From NCBI GenBank assembly GCA_046726415.1, contig JBKPAK010000014.1:1-59465 (forward strand): a stretch of 59,465 nt of DNA. Reading direction: 5' to 3'. Each line of letters opens with the position of its first letter. Within the stretch, counting starts at the first letter, position 1. A program made the position numbers and the translations under genes. The notes beneath the pieces are model-generated. The model made no database searches. It was not told the DNA's origin and was given only the letters and a program-made list of their open reading frames with translations. Below are positions 36,230 through 45,690 of this stretch, one piece after another. Source of the stretch: Candidatus Methylomirabilota bacterium. GTDB lineage: Bacteria; Methylomirabilota; Methylomirabilia; Rokubacteriales; CSP1-6.

Positions 36230-36949
36230 CTACGCCACGCGACGGGACGTCACCTCGTCGGGGTGGACTTCGGAGTGCCCATCGGCCGCGAGCATGTAGC
36301 CAACGCCGCGGACGGTGTGCATCAGCGCGACCTCCCCGCGGTCGTCGATCTTTCGGCGCAGGTAGCCGACATAGACGTCGACGACGTTGCTCTCGGTTTC
36401 GAACCCGAGTCCCCACACGTGATCCAGAATCATCGGTCGAGTGAGCACATGGCCGGCGTTCCGGAGGAAGTATTCGAGCAGGGCGAACTCGCGCGTGGTG
36501 AGCCGGATCTGTCGGTCTCCCCGCCAGGCGCGATGCGTGGCCGGATCGAAGACGAGATCGGCGGCGCGCAAGAGCGGTGGACGTCGCGAGACTCTCCTGC
36601 GCAGGAGCGCCCGCACCCGGGCCAGCAACTCCTGAAGGGCAAACGGCGTGGTCAGACAATCATCGGCGCCCAGGTCGAGACCTCGGACGCGCTGGGCGAC
36701 GTCGTCGCCCGTCAAGAGCAACAGCGGCACCCGGACGTCACGGGCCCGCAATGCCCGTACCGTGGCCAGCCCATCGCGCACCGGCGGCGCCACGTCGAGA
36801 ACCGCCACATCGTAGGGCAGTTCCTCGAGGAGGAGGTCGAGGGCGGGGGCGGCGTCGGTCGCGATCTCGACCGCGTGTCCAGCCTCCCGGAACCCGTGTT
36901 CGAGGACCCTCGCTTGCTGCGGGGTGGGTTCGATGACCAGTACCCGCAT
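36230..36949 (-). CDS. OmpR/PhoB-family response regulator with atypical receiver (orphan)
   Basis: Winged helix intact (LTTREFALLE, SNVVDVYVGYLRRKID, TVRGVGY); receiver reads VIEPT and GADDCLTTPF. Confidence 0.88.
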   Translation of the reverse strand: MRVLVIEPTPQQARVLEHGFREAGHAVEIATDAAPALDLLLEELPYDVAVLDVAPPVRDGLATVRALRARDVRVPLLLLTGDDVAQRVRGLDLGADDCLTTPFALQELLARVRALLRRRVSRRPPLLRAADLVFDPATHRAWRGDRQIRLTTREFALLEYFLRNAGHVLTRPMILDHVWGLGFETESNVVDVYVGYLRRKIDDRGEVALMHTVRGVGYMLAADGHSEVHPDEVTSRRVA

Positions 36950-37046
36950 ATCAGCACGCTCGCCGCGCGACATATCGATGATGGTGCGTGCCCATGAGAT
37001 CGTCCCCTTCCGGCTCTCCAGCCCTTACAACGGTACCGGGCAGGAG

Positions 37047-37100
37047 ATCAAGGTCTCGTTAGGATCTCGGCTTCGCGTGTTAAGAACGCATAAGGATCGA
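37047..37100. promoter_or_regulatory. Four TTAAG-like half-sites in helical phase (putative OmpR-family binding site)
   Basis: TCAAG 37048, TTAGG 37059, TTAAG 37080, ATAAG 37090; spacings 11, 21 and 10 bp, between divergent genes. Confidence 0.55.
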
Positions 37101-37277
37101 TCTGTTCCCGGCTTCGCCGGGGCCATCGTCTCGTGACCTTGCCACGGCTCCCCCGTCCCGGACGGAAAAGCTCACGTTGAGGTAGACCAGCCCCATGAGA
37201 GGCGCATGAGAACCCAGTTGTGGGCTCTCATGATTTCCTCACCCGGGCGTCGAAGCTTCGGAGTCAGGAGGTGCAAC

Positions 37278-37700
37278 ATGAAGACTCAATTCACGTTCAC
37301 TACTCTGGCTCTCATCGGCACCGTCGTCAGTCCCGCCTTGGGCGGCCCCGGAGCGCCGGGGAGCCCGCCGCCAGCGACGGGGATCCTGACGCCGTACAAC
37401 GCCGACCGCACGGCCGCCCCCCCGCCGAATGACGCTGAGCGCACAACCGCCCCCGACGAGTACCCGTCGGCGAGCGTCTCGCCAGTGGCGCGGTGCTCTC
37501 CCGCTGTCCGCGCGCCGCGGAACGACACGAGTGCGCCCGAGTCTGGCGTCGCCACCGCCGGGGCGCAACGGGTCAGCTCGACCGCCGCGCCGGTGATGGA
37601 GAACGGAGCCCCAACGCCCGCCGCGAGAACGTCGGTCGACGATCGGACCTGGTGCGAGGGAGGCTATCGGCCCGATCTGGGAACGAACTTCGGCGAGTAG
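37278..37700 (+). CDS. Hypothetical exported Pro/Ala/Thr-rich protein, 140 aa
   Basis: AGGAGG RBS; signal peptide MKTQFTFTTLALIGTVVSPALG; low-complexity body; C-terminal WCEGGYRPDLGTNFGE. Confidence 0.72.
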   Translation: MKTQFTFTTLALIGTVVSPALGGPGAPGSPPPATGILTPYNADRTAAPPPNDAERTTAPDEYPSASVSPVARCSPAVRAPRNDTSAPESGVATAGAQRVSSTAAPVMENGAPTPAARTSVDDRTWCEGGYRPDLGTNFGE

Positions 37701-37857
37701 TTGTCGCCGGGACCCCATCGAACTTGGAGGGGGCCTGGCTCCCCTCCAAATTCCCGCGACGTGTGACAGGCGTTGCGGAGGCCAAAGCCCGCGTCAAACG
37801 ACGCGTGAGATGGAGACCCAGCCGGGCCCCACGCCCCCCGGACGCCCTCGACGCCGA

Positions 37858-37866
37858 TGCTATAAT
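37858..37866 (+). promoter_or_regulatory. Perfect extended -10 element TGnTATAAT
   Basis: TGCTATAAT, separated by 7 nt from the in-frame GTG at 37874. Confidence 0.7.
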
Positions 37867-37873
37867 CCGCCGC

Positions 37874-39310
37874 GTGCAATGGGTAGTGGACGGGGCGGCT
37901 TTCGACGAGGTATTCGAACGCCCCACCGAGCCCCGCCAGCACTATGGTCCACTCGTCTCGATTCTGGAATCGTTCACGCAGGGCGAGTTGGACCGCCGCG
38001 AGCGCCTGCAGAAGCTCTCGCTGATCGACCAGGGCATCACCTTCACCGTGTACGGCGCCGAGGAAGGCATCGAGCGCATCTTTCCCTTCGACTTCGTGCC
38101 GCGAATGATCCCCGACGCGGAGTGGGAGCGCATCGAGAGCGGGCTGATCCAGCGGATCACCGCCCTCAACCTGTTCATTCGCGACGTGTACGAAGAGCAG
38201 CGCTGTCTCAAGGACAACCTGCTCCCGGCCGAGGTGATCTACTCGCGCGTGGAGTTCAAGCGCGAGCTGCTCGGCGTGGTACCCCCCAAGGGCATCTACA
38301 CGCACATCGTGGGCACTGACATCATTCGCGACGATCGGGGGGAGTATCTGATCCTGGAGGACAACTGTCGGTGCCCGAGCGGCGTCTCGTACGTGCTGGA
38401 AAACCGGAACCTGCTCCACCGCGTCTTTCCCGAGTTCTTCACCTCGTACCCCGTGCGACCCATCCGCGACTATCCCCACCTCCTGCGGGAGACCCTCCGT
38501 CACGCCGCGCCACGGGGAAGCGAGAACCCGGTGGCGGTGCTCCTCACGCCGGGGATTTACAACTCGGCCTTCTTCGAGCACTCGTTCCTGGCCCGGGAGA
38601 TGGGGGTGGACTTGGTCGAGGGGCGCGATCTCATTGTGGAGGACAATGCCGTCTACATGCGGCGCACCCACGGCAAGCGCAAGGTCGACGTCATCTATCG
38701 CCGGGTCGACGACGACTTCCTGGACCCCCTCACCTTCCGCCGCGACTCGTTCCTCGGCGTGCCCGGCCTGGTGAACGCCTATCGCGCTGGCAACGTGGCC
38801 ATCGCCAACGCGCCGGGGGCCGGGGTGGCCGACGACAAGTCCGTCTATCCCTTTGTCCCGCAGATCATCAAGTACTACCTGGGCGAGGACGCCATCCTGC
38901 CCCAGGTGCCGACCTACCTCGGCATCCGCAAGGACGACCTCGCCTACATCGTGGAGCACATCGGCGAGCTGGTGGTGAAGACCACCGGCGATTCCGGCGG
39001 CTACGGCATGCTCATGGGGCCCTTTGCCAGCAAGAAGGAGCGCGAGGAGTACGTGGCGAAGGTGAAGCGGACCCCCGGCAACTACATCGCGCAGCCGCTC
39101 ATCCAGCTCTCCACGCACCCGACCTACGTCGACGGCGACTTCAAGCCCCGGCGCATCGACCTCCGGCCGTTCGTCCTCTACGGCGACCGGGTGCGCGTGC
39201 TGCCCGGCGGGCTCACGCGGGTGGCCCTCCGCGAGGGCTCCTACGTGGTCAACTCTTCGCAAGGAGGCGGGAGCAAGGACACCTGGGTGCTGGCCCCCCG
39301 GAAGCGCTAG
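37874..39310 (+). CDS. Circularly permuted type 2 ATP-grasp protein (start 37874 or 37886)
   Basis: QGITFTVYG...ERIFPFDFVPR, LEDNCRCPSGVSYVLENR, NSAFFEHSFLA, VIYRRVDDDFLDP, GVADDK, GGYGM, PGGLTRVAL, VNSSQGGGSKDTWV. Confidence 0.95.
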   Translation: MQWVVDGAAFDEVFERPTEPRQHYGPLVSILESFTQGELDRRERLQKLSLIDQGITFTVYGAEEGIERIFPFDFVPRMIPDAEWERIESGLIQRITALNLFIRDVYEEQRCLKDNLLPAEVIYSRVEFKRELLGVVPPKGIYTHIVGTDIIRDDRGEYLILEDNCRCPSGVSYVLENRNLLHRVFPEFFTSYPVRPIRDYPHLLRETLRHAAPRGSENPVAVLLTPGIYNSAFFEHSFLAREMGVDLVEGRDLIVEDNAVYMRRTHGKRKVDVIYRRVDDDFLDPLTFRRDSFLGVPGLVNAYRAGNVAIANAPGAGVADDKSVYPFVPQIIKYYLGEDAILPQVPTYLGIRKDDLAYIVEHIGELVVKTTGDSGGYGMLMGPFASKKEREEYVAKVKRTPGNYIAQPLIQLSTHPTYVDGDFKPRRIDLRPFVLYGDRVRVLPGGLTRVALREGSYVVNSSQGGGSKDTWVLAPRKR

Positions 39311-40267
39311 ATGCTGCTCTCGCGTGTGGCCGATGCCCTCTACTGGATGGGGCGCTACATCGAGCGCGCGGAGCACTGCACGCGACTGCTCCTCATCACC
39401 GAGGACGTGGCCACCGAGGTCCAGGGGCTCGACGAGCAGCTCGCCCAGGCGGAGTGGAACGATCTGCTGGCCATCTTCCCCGGCTCGCGGATCGTGGAGC
39501 GCGCCTACCCGACCTTCTCACCGTTCGCCCTGCCCTTCCTGAACTCCTTCTACCTCGACGACATGAACCCGCACTCCACCTTCTTCTCCCTGCGCAAGGC
39601 CCGGGAGAACGCGCGGGCCGTCCGCGAGGCGCTGACCGTGGAGGTGTTCCTGAACCTGAACGACACGTACCGCACCTTGGAGGCGCATGCGCGCAAGGGC
39701 CTCATCGACCTGCCGGCCTTCCGCGACGCGCTGACCGCCACCCAGCGAGGGCTGCTCGCCACGGTGGGCGCGGTGGAGCACACGCTGACTCGCGATCACT
39801 GCTGGCTCTTCCTCAAGCTCGGTGAAGCCATGGAGCGGACCCTGCGCACCACCCTGATCCTGAGCGCCAAGCTGCCGGCCCTCCTCGGCCCCGCGCCCAA
39901 GGCCGACGCGCTCTTTTACACGCGGTGGCGCAGCCTCCTGCGGGGGCTGGCCACCATGGAGAACTACCGGAAGCTCCACGGCGCGCGCATGGAGCCGGAG
40001 CTGGTCATCCCCTTCATCCTCTTCGACGCCCACGCCCCCCGGGCCCTGAACTGCGCCTGCCACAGCGTGAAGGACTACCTCGACCGCATCGCGGGCAGCG
40101 GGGAGCTGACCGCGCCGGCGCGAGTGATGGGGAAGCTGTGCGCGCGGCTGGCCTACGATGACACCGAGGGTATGCGGAAAGGTGAGGTGCTGGGGTTCCT
40201 CCTCGGCCTCCTCGCCGAGCTGGACAAAGCCCACGAGACACTGAGCGCGCAGTACTTCGTGACTTAG
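39311..40267 (+). CDS. Alpha-E domain protein (DUF403)
   Basis: MLLSRVADALYWMGRYIERAE, ARENARAVRE, LGEAMER. Confidence 0.93.
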   Translation: MLLSRVADALYWMGRYIERAEHCTRLLLITEDVATEVQGLDEQLAQAEWNDLLAIFPGSRIVERAYPTFSPFALPFLNSFYLDDMNPHSTFFSLRKARENARAVREALTVEVFLNLNDTYRTLEAHARKGLIDLPAFRDALTATQRGLLATVGAVEHTLTRDHCWLFLKLGEAMERTLRTTLILSAKLPALLGPAPKADALFYTRWRSLLRGLATMENYRKLHGARMEPELVIPFILFDAHAPRALNCACHSVKDYLDRIAGSGELTAPARVMGKLCARLAYDDTEGMRKGEVLGFLLGLLAELDKAHETLSAQYFVT

Positions 40268-40274
40268 GCGCCCC

Positions 40275-41231
40275 GTGAACCTGAGCCTCGAGCACCAGCT
40301 GGTCTTCGAGTACGACGGCTACATCAGCGAGTCGTTTCTCGAGCTGCGCGTGCAGCCCAAGATGGTCAACCATCAGACGGTGAACGCGTTCAGCCTGGCC
40401 GTGGGCCCCGTCACCCGCGTCTATCGCTACACCGATTGGCACGAGAACCTCGTCCACCACTTCAACATCACGCGCTACCATGACCGCATCGAGGTGGTCA
40501 GCCGCTCCATCGTCACCACGCACCCCGCCATGCCGCCCTTGTACGAAGTCACCGATCCCGTGGAGTACAGCGACCTCGCGCACCAGCTCCGCGACTTCCT
40601 GGAGCTGGAGGGGCCCATCCAGGCCAGTCCGGCCCTCCGGAAGTTTCAGCGCGGTCTGACCCGGCCGCGCGGCGCCCGCCTTGGCGCGCTGGTCCAGGCG
40701 ACGGGGGCCCAGATCCATCAAAGCTTCACCTACCAGAAGGACGTCACTCGCTTCGACTCCACCACAGAGGATTTCCTGAAACTGGGCGCGGGTGTCTGCC
40801 AGGACTTCACACACCTGATGCTGGGCACCCTCCGCCTCATGGGTATTCCCTGCCGCTACGTGAGCGGCTACCTCCACGTCGGCACCAAGCGCACCGAGCC
40901 CTCGCAGAGCCACGCCTGGATCGAGTTCTGGTCACCGACCAGCGGGTGGGTGCCCTTCGACCCCACGCACGATCGCGAGATCGACGAGCGCTACGTCGTG
41001 GTAGGGCATGGGCGCAGCTACGACGATGTGCCGCCCAACAAGGGGATCTACCGCGGCAACGCCCGCGAGGCGCTCCGCGCGGAGGTGCGGACGAGCCTGA
41101 CCATGAAGCGGGCTTCGGTCGCCCCACAGGAGTCGCTGGAGGCCATCGACATCCCCGTCTTCAAGGAGATTCCCACGCGGCGCACCGACTACGACTCGCT
41201 GGTCGAGCAGGCGGCCCAGCAGCAGCAGTAG
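40275..41231 (+). CDS. Transglutaminase-like protein
   Basis: Catalytic triad motifs GVCQDFTH, RYVSGYL, SHAWIE, FDPT, GRSYDDVPP; ends QAAQQQQ. Confidence 0.94.
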   Translation: MNLSLEHQLVFEYDGYISESFLELRVQPKMVNHQTVNAFSLAVGPVTRVYRYTDWHENLVHHFNITRYHDRIEVVSRSIVTTHPAMPPLYEVTDPVEYSDLAHQLRDFLELEGPIQASPALRKFQRGLTRPRGARLGALVQATGAQIHQSFTYQKDVTRFDSTTEDFLKLGAGVCQDFTHLMLGTLRLMGIPCRYVSGYLHVGTKRTEPSQSHAWIEFWSPTSGWVPFDPTHDREIDERYVVVGHGRSYDDVPPNKGIYRGNAREALRAEVRTSLTMKRASVAPQESLEAIDIPVFKEIPTRRTDYDSLVEQAAQQQQ

Positions 41232-41238
41232 CGCTGGC

Positions 41239-42405
41239 CTAGCGGACGTCCCCCAACAGCTCGCGAGCCATGATCACGCGCTGGATCTGGTTGGTCCCCT
41301 CGTAGATCTGCATGATCTTGGCGTCGCGCATGAAGCGCTCTACCGGGAACTCGCGCGTGTAGCCGACGCCGCCGAAGATCTGCACGGCGTCGGTGGCGAC
41401 CTTCATGGCCGCATCTGCGGCGAAGCACTTGGCCATCGACGCCTCGAGGACAGCCGACATCTGCCCGCGATCGACCAGCTGGGCTACGTGGTGGACCATC
41501 AGGCGCGAGGCGTGGACATGCATGGCCATGTCCGCCAGCATGAACTGGATGGCCTGAAACGCCGCGATGGGTTGCCCGAACTGCTTGCGCTCCTGCGCGT
41601 AGCCGAGGGCGGCGTCGAGGGCTGCCTGGCCTACCCCCACCGCGGTGGCCCCCGTCATGGGGCGCGTGTAGTCGAGGGTGCGCATGGCGATCTTGAAGCC
41701 CTCGCCCTCGGCGCCCAGCCGGTTCTCCACGGGCACCTCGCAGTCCTCCAGGTGGAGGGCCACCGTGGGCGAGGCGCGGATACCCATCTTCCTTTCCTTC
41801 TTGCCCACGCTGAAGCCCTTGAACCCGGGCTCCACGAGAAAGGCCGTGACGCCCCGCGCGCCCTTGGCTTTGTCGACGGTGGCGAAGAGCGTGATGACGC
41901 CGGCGTTCGATCCGTTCGAGCACCAGAGCTTGCTGCCGTTCAGGAGGTAACGATCGCCCCGCCGCGTCGCCGTCGTCTGGAGGCTGGCGGCATCGGACCC
42001 CGCACCAGGCTCCGAGAGCGAGTATGCGGCGAGGATCGCGCCGGTCGCGAGCCGAGGGAGATAGCGCTGCTTCTGGTCATCGTTTCCCGCCAAGAGGATC
42101 GGATAGCCGCCCAGGGGGGTGGCGCCCCAGTTGGTGGCAGTGGCCGCGCACGCCCACGCGATCTCCTCGGCCACGAGGGAAACGGCGAGGGCGCCCATAC
42201 CGGTGCCGCCATATTCGTCGGGGATCCAGACGCCGAAGAGCCCCTGTTCGGCGAGAAGCTTCATGATGTCGGCGGGATAGTTCTCGGCCTCGTCGTACTC
42301 CCCGGCTACGGGCGCGATCCTTTCCCGCGCCACCTTGCGGGTGAGGTCGCGGATCATGCGCTGCTCGTCGTTGAGGTAGAAGAGATCTTTCATCGCCATG
42401 GCCAT
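41239..42405 (-). CDS. Acyl-CoA dehydrogenase (canonical, short-chain-like)
   Basis: [36 protein letters not shown], catalytic [10 protein letters not shown]. Confidence 0.95.
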   Translation of the reverse strand: MAMAMKDLFYLNDEQRMIRDLTRKVARERIAPVAGEYDEAENYPADIMKLLAEQGLFGVWIPDEYGGTGMGALAVSLVAEEIAWACAATATNWGATPLGGYPILLAGNDDQKQRYLPRLATGAILAAYSLSEPGAGSDAASLQTTATRRGDRYLLNGSKLWCSNGSNAGVITLFATVDKAKGARGVTAFLVEPGFKGFSVGKKERKMGIRASPTVALHLEDCEVPVENRLGAEGEGFKIAMRTLDYTRPMTGATAVGVGQAALDAALGYAQERKQFGQPIAAFQAIQFMLADMAMHVHASRLMVHHVAQLVDRGQMSAVLEASMAKCFAADAAMKVATDAVQIFGGVGYTREFPVERFMRDAKIMQIYEGTNQIQRVIMARELLGDVR

Positions 42406-42421
42406 CTCCTTCGGCGGTCCT

Positions 42422-43327
42422 TCAGGCCAGCGCGCGGCGCACCTCGGCCAGCCGCGCCAAGGAGCCGAGAACCTTGGGCTGATCGTCAGTCAGGTGGCGG
42501 ACGATGATGTCGGTGTAACCCATGGCCGCGAGCGGCCGGAGCTGGGCCGCAACCTCGTCGATCGAACCGATCACCAGCGACTCGCGCGGGAAGCTGCGGT
42601 AGCCACGGGCGAGGACGGCCTCCGCCGTCGCCCGCGCCTCGGACGCATTCTCGCCCACGTACAGGTCGCGGCGGATCGCGATGGCCGTGGGCCGCCGCCC
42701 ATGGGCGGCACAGCGCTCGCGGTAGTAGTCGATCTGAGCCCGGGCGTCGGCGAGCGGTAGGGACGGCGAGGCGAGGAAGCCGTCGGCGAGGCGCGCCGCG
42801 CGATCGATTGCGGGAAGCGCCGAGGCGCCGATCCAGTACTCTACGGTCTCGGCGGGCCGCAGGGCCACCATGGCATTTTCGAAGGCGAAACGCCGTCCGC
42901 CGCTTACCGTCTCCCCGCGCAGCAGGCGTCGGACGATGTCGAAGGCCTCCTCGAAGGCCGAGGGGCGCTGCTTGATCTCGGCGCCCATCGCCGCGAACTG
43001 GGGCTGGCCATCGCCGAGTCCGCACTGGAAGATGAACCGACCGCGCGCGATGGCCGCCAAGGTACCCACCTGCTCGGCCACCAGCACTGGGTTCCACATC
43101 GGCAGCAGGAAGAGGCAGCCCGCCGGCTTGTCGCCCCACTCGGCGAGCAGGCGCCCCAGCATCGGAACGTTCTGATAGTAGGGCGTCGGAGTCGAGTGGT
43201 GATCTCCGATGAACAGCGAGTCGAGACCGGCGCGGTGTGCCGCGGCTGCCCGCTCGACCATCCACCGAGCGCCCTCCCGCGGATCCTGCACCACGTGGCT
43301 ACTGGTCAGCGAAATCCCGAGGCGCAT
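42422..43327 (-). CDS. LLM-class flavin-dependent oxidoreductase
   Basis: [47 protein letters not shown]. Confidence 0.88.
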   Translation of the reverse strand: MRLGISLTSSHVVQDPREGARWMVERAAAAHRAGLDSLFIGDHHSTPTPYYQNVPMLGRLLAEWGDKPAGCLFLLPMWNPVLVAEQVGTLAAIARGRFIFQCGLGDGQPQFAAMGAEIKQRPSAFEEAFDIVRRLLRGETVSGGRRFAFENAMVALRPAETVEYWIGASALPAIDRAARLADGFLASPSLPLADARAQIDYYRERCAAHGRRPTAIAIRRDLYVGENASEARATAEAVLARGYRSFPRESLVIGSIDEVAAQLRPLAAMGYTDIIVRHLTDDQPKVLGSLARLAEVRRALA

Positions 43328-43635
43328 GCGAGACCTCCCCGCGCCCTCCACCAGCGGCGCCGGACTGCTTCGACGGCGTGTGCCGCGACCTTACCGGCTG
43401 AACGCCCGACGTTCAAGCGTGAAGCCCGGCAACGTCTACGAACGGACGCGTTGACCCCGACCAGGCCTGACCAGCACCCTCGACGGCAAGACGCCCGCCT
43501 GATCGGCAGATGGTGGCGTAGGGAGGTCGGCATGGTTGAACGTCCAGATGATGCGGCTCCATGGGCGAGGGCGCCGTGAGGGCCCGACGGTGGACGCGGC
43601 GTGAGTCGGACCGGCTCACGCGATCTCGTCGCCGA

Positions 43636-45690
43636 TCATGGCGCGGAGCCGGCGATCACGAGCACGTCAACGGCCACCGCGTGATGGCCCGCAGCGATCA
43701 CGGGATTGAGATCGATCTCCAGGACTCGAGGCTCGGCCAGCAAGAAATCGCCCACACTGCACAGCATCTCGGCGAGCGGCTCCTCGTCGCACCGCGGGAG
43801 GCCGCGCGGGCCAGCGAGCAGGCGTCCCCGCGCGCCTTCGCGGAGAAGCGTGCGGGCCGCGTCCGCGTCGAGCGGCGCCAGTGCGAGGCCCACGTCGCGC
43901 ATCACCTCGGTGAAGATTCCCCCGATCCCTACGACCACCACCGGCCCGAACGTCGGGTCGCGGCGGCCGCCGATGAGGAGCTCGACGCCTGGACCCACCT
44001 GCTCCTGCACGATGAAGTGCTCAGCACCGGCCCGCATGCGCAGCGTGCCACAGGCCTCGCGCACACCAGGGGCGTCGCGGACCTGCGTGAGCACGCCGCC
44101 GACCTCGGTCTTGTGGAGAAGCCCCGGGCGACCAGCCTTTACGACAACGGGATAGCCAAATCCCTCGGCTGCCCGCACGACCTCTTCGACCGAGGGGGTG
44201 ATGGCCTCCCGGCAGAATCGCACGCCGTGGGCCTGGAGGGCGCGGCGCGCGAGCGCGGTGGGCACCGGGCCATCTGTCGAAGCGAGGGCCGCGGCCACGT
44301 CGGCAGGCAGCGCGCGGGCCGAGCGGGGAAGCATCGGCGGCCGAGGGCGCGCCATCCACAGAGACCGCCACGCGCGCACGGCGCGCTCGGGACTCGGCAG
44401 CGTGGGGACGTCAGCGGCCACGAAGCGCGCGGTGAGCCGCGGCGCGTCGGCCGTGAAGGCCACCAGTGGCTTGCCGGTCTCCCGCGCGGCGGCGATCAGT
44501 CCATCCGCAAACTCCGGGAAGTCGAGTCCGACATTGACGGCGATCCCCCCGGCCACCGTCGGCTGGCGAAGGACGAGGCTCACGGCCGGCGCCACGTGGG
44601 ACGGCTCCACCTGAGGCGTGAGGTCGACGGGATTCCCCACGGCCGCGAAGGGCGGCAGCAGCTCGCGCAGGGCGGCGCGGACCGAGTCGTCGAGTGGCGG
44701 CACGCGCAGGCCGGCGCGCTCGGCGGCGTCGGCGGACACCACCGAGGGGCCCCCGGAGACCGTGATGATGGCCACGCTCGGCATGGCCGGACGCGCATCG
44801 CGCGCCGTCACCAGCACCTCGATGGCGTCGAAGAAATCCTCGGTCTCCTCAGCCAGAACCACTCCGGCCCGATCGAAGGCGGCCCGGTAGACTTCGTAAC
44901 TGCCCGCGAGGGAGCCGGTGTGAGAGCCCGCGGCGCGACGTCCGGCCTCCGAACGGCCGCCCTTGAGCACGACGACGGGCTTGCGTGCGGAGGCCTGCGC
45001 CGCCACCTCGACGAAGCGCCGTCCGTCTCTCAGCGCCTCGACAAAGCACGCGATGAGACTTGTCTCGCCGTCATCGGCGAGGTATTCGATCACGTCGGCG
45101 ACGTCGACGTCGACCTGGTTGCCGATGGAGAGCAGGCGTGAGATCCCGAGCCCGCGCCCCCCGAGGTGGCGAAAGATGAGCCCGCCATACGCGCCGCTCT
45201 GTGAGACCACCCCGATGCCGCCCGTAACCTGAGGGAGATCCCAGAAATACGTGCCGTTCAGTCGGGCCGGCGCGGAGTACACGCCCATGCAGTTCGGGCC
45301 CACCAGCCGCAGGCCGGCCCGGCGCGCCTCGGCGAGGAGGTCGGCCTGCGTCTCCCGGCCCTCCGCATCGACTTCGCCGAAACCCGACGAGAGCACGACG
45401 GCGACGCGGACGCCCCGCGCGGCCAGGCGCGCGACCGCCTCCGGCACGGCCGGCGCGGGAAGGCTGATCAGGGCGAGATCGATCCCGGCCGGAAGTGCAT
45501 CGATCCTCGCCACGGTCGGGTAGTCGAGGATCGGCTCTCCCGCGGGATTGACGACGTGGATCGCTCCGCCGAAGCCGCGCGCCTTGACGTTCTGCAGCAG
45601 CTTGAAACCGAGCTTGGCCGGATTGCGCGACGCGCCCAGCACGGCGACCGAGCGCGGCGCGAAGAGCGCGTCGAGCGGGCGCCCGCTCAC
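43636..45690 (-). CDS. ADP-forming acyl-CoA synthetase (acetate--CoA ligase family, fused)
   Basis: GTGA overlap with the upstream gene; LFAPRSVAVLGAS, VGPNCMG, SQSG, phospho-His SHTGSLAG, NPVDLT, ATP-grasp HKTEVGGV, EIDLNP. Confidence 0.92.
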   Translation of the reverse strand: MSGRPLDALFAPRSVAVLGASRNPAKLGFKLLQNVKARGFGGAIHVVNPAGEPILDYPTVARIDALPAGIDLALISLPAPAVPEAVARLAARGVRVAVVLSSGFGEVDAEGRETQADLLAEARRAGLRLVGPNCMGVYSAPARLNGTYFWDLPQVTGGIGVVSQSGAYGGLIFRHLGGRGLGISRLLSIGNQVDVDVADVIEYLADDGETSLIACFVEALRDGRRFVEVAAQASARKPVVVLKGGRSEAGRRAAGSHTGSLAGSYEVYRAAFDRAGVVLAEETEDFFDAIEVLVTARDARPAMPSVAIITVSGGPSVVSADAAERAGLRVPPLDDSVRAALRELLPPFAAVGNPVDLTPQVEPSHVAPAVSLVLRQPTVAGGIAVNVGLDFPEFADGLIAAARETGKPLVAFTADAPRLTARFVAADVPTLPSPERAVRAWRSLWMARPRPPMLPRSARALPADVAAALASTDGPVPTALARRALQAHGVRFCREAITPSVEEVVRAAEGFGYPVVVKAGRPGLLHKTEVGGVLTQVRDAPGVREACGTLRMRAGAEHFIVQEQVGPGVELLIGGRRDPTFGPVVVVGIGGIFTEVMRDVGLALAPLDADAARTLLREGARGRLLAGPRGLPRCDEEPLAEMLCSVGDFLLAEPRVLEIDLNPVIAAGHHAVAVDVLVIAGSAP

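Noticed and set aside
37278-39310. Graspetide RiPP cluster with 37278..37700 as precursor
   Set aside because: The ligase is the circularly permuted type linked to alpha-E, has its own promoter, and the upstream protein has a Sec-type signal peptide and no repeated core motifs.
43521-43579. GGGAGG RBS followed by a 15-codon plus-strand ORF (MVERPDDAAPWARAP)
   Set aside because: Too short, not coupled to any gene and with no recognisable homology; may be another scar but cannot be supported.
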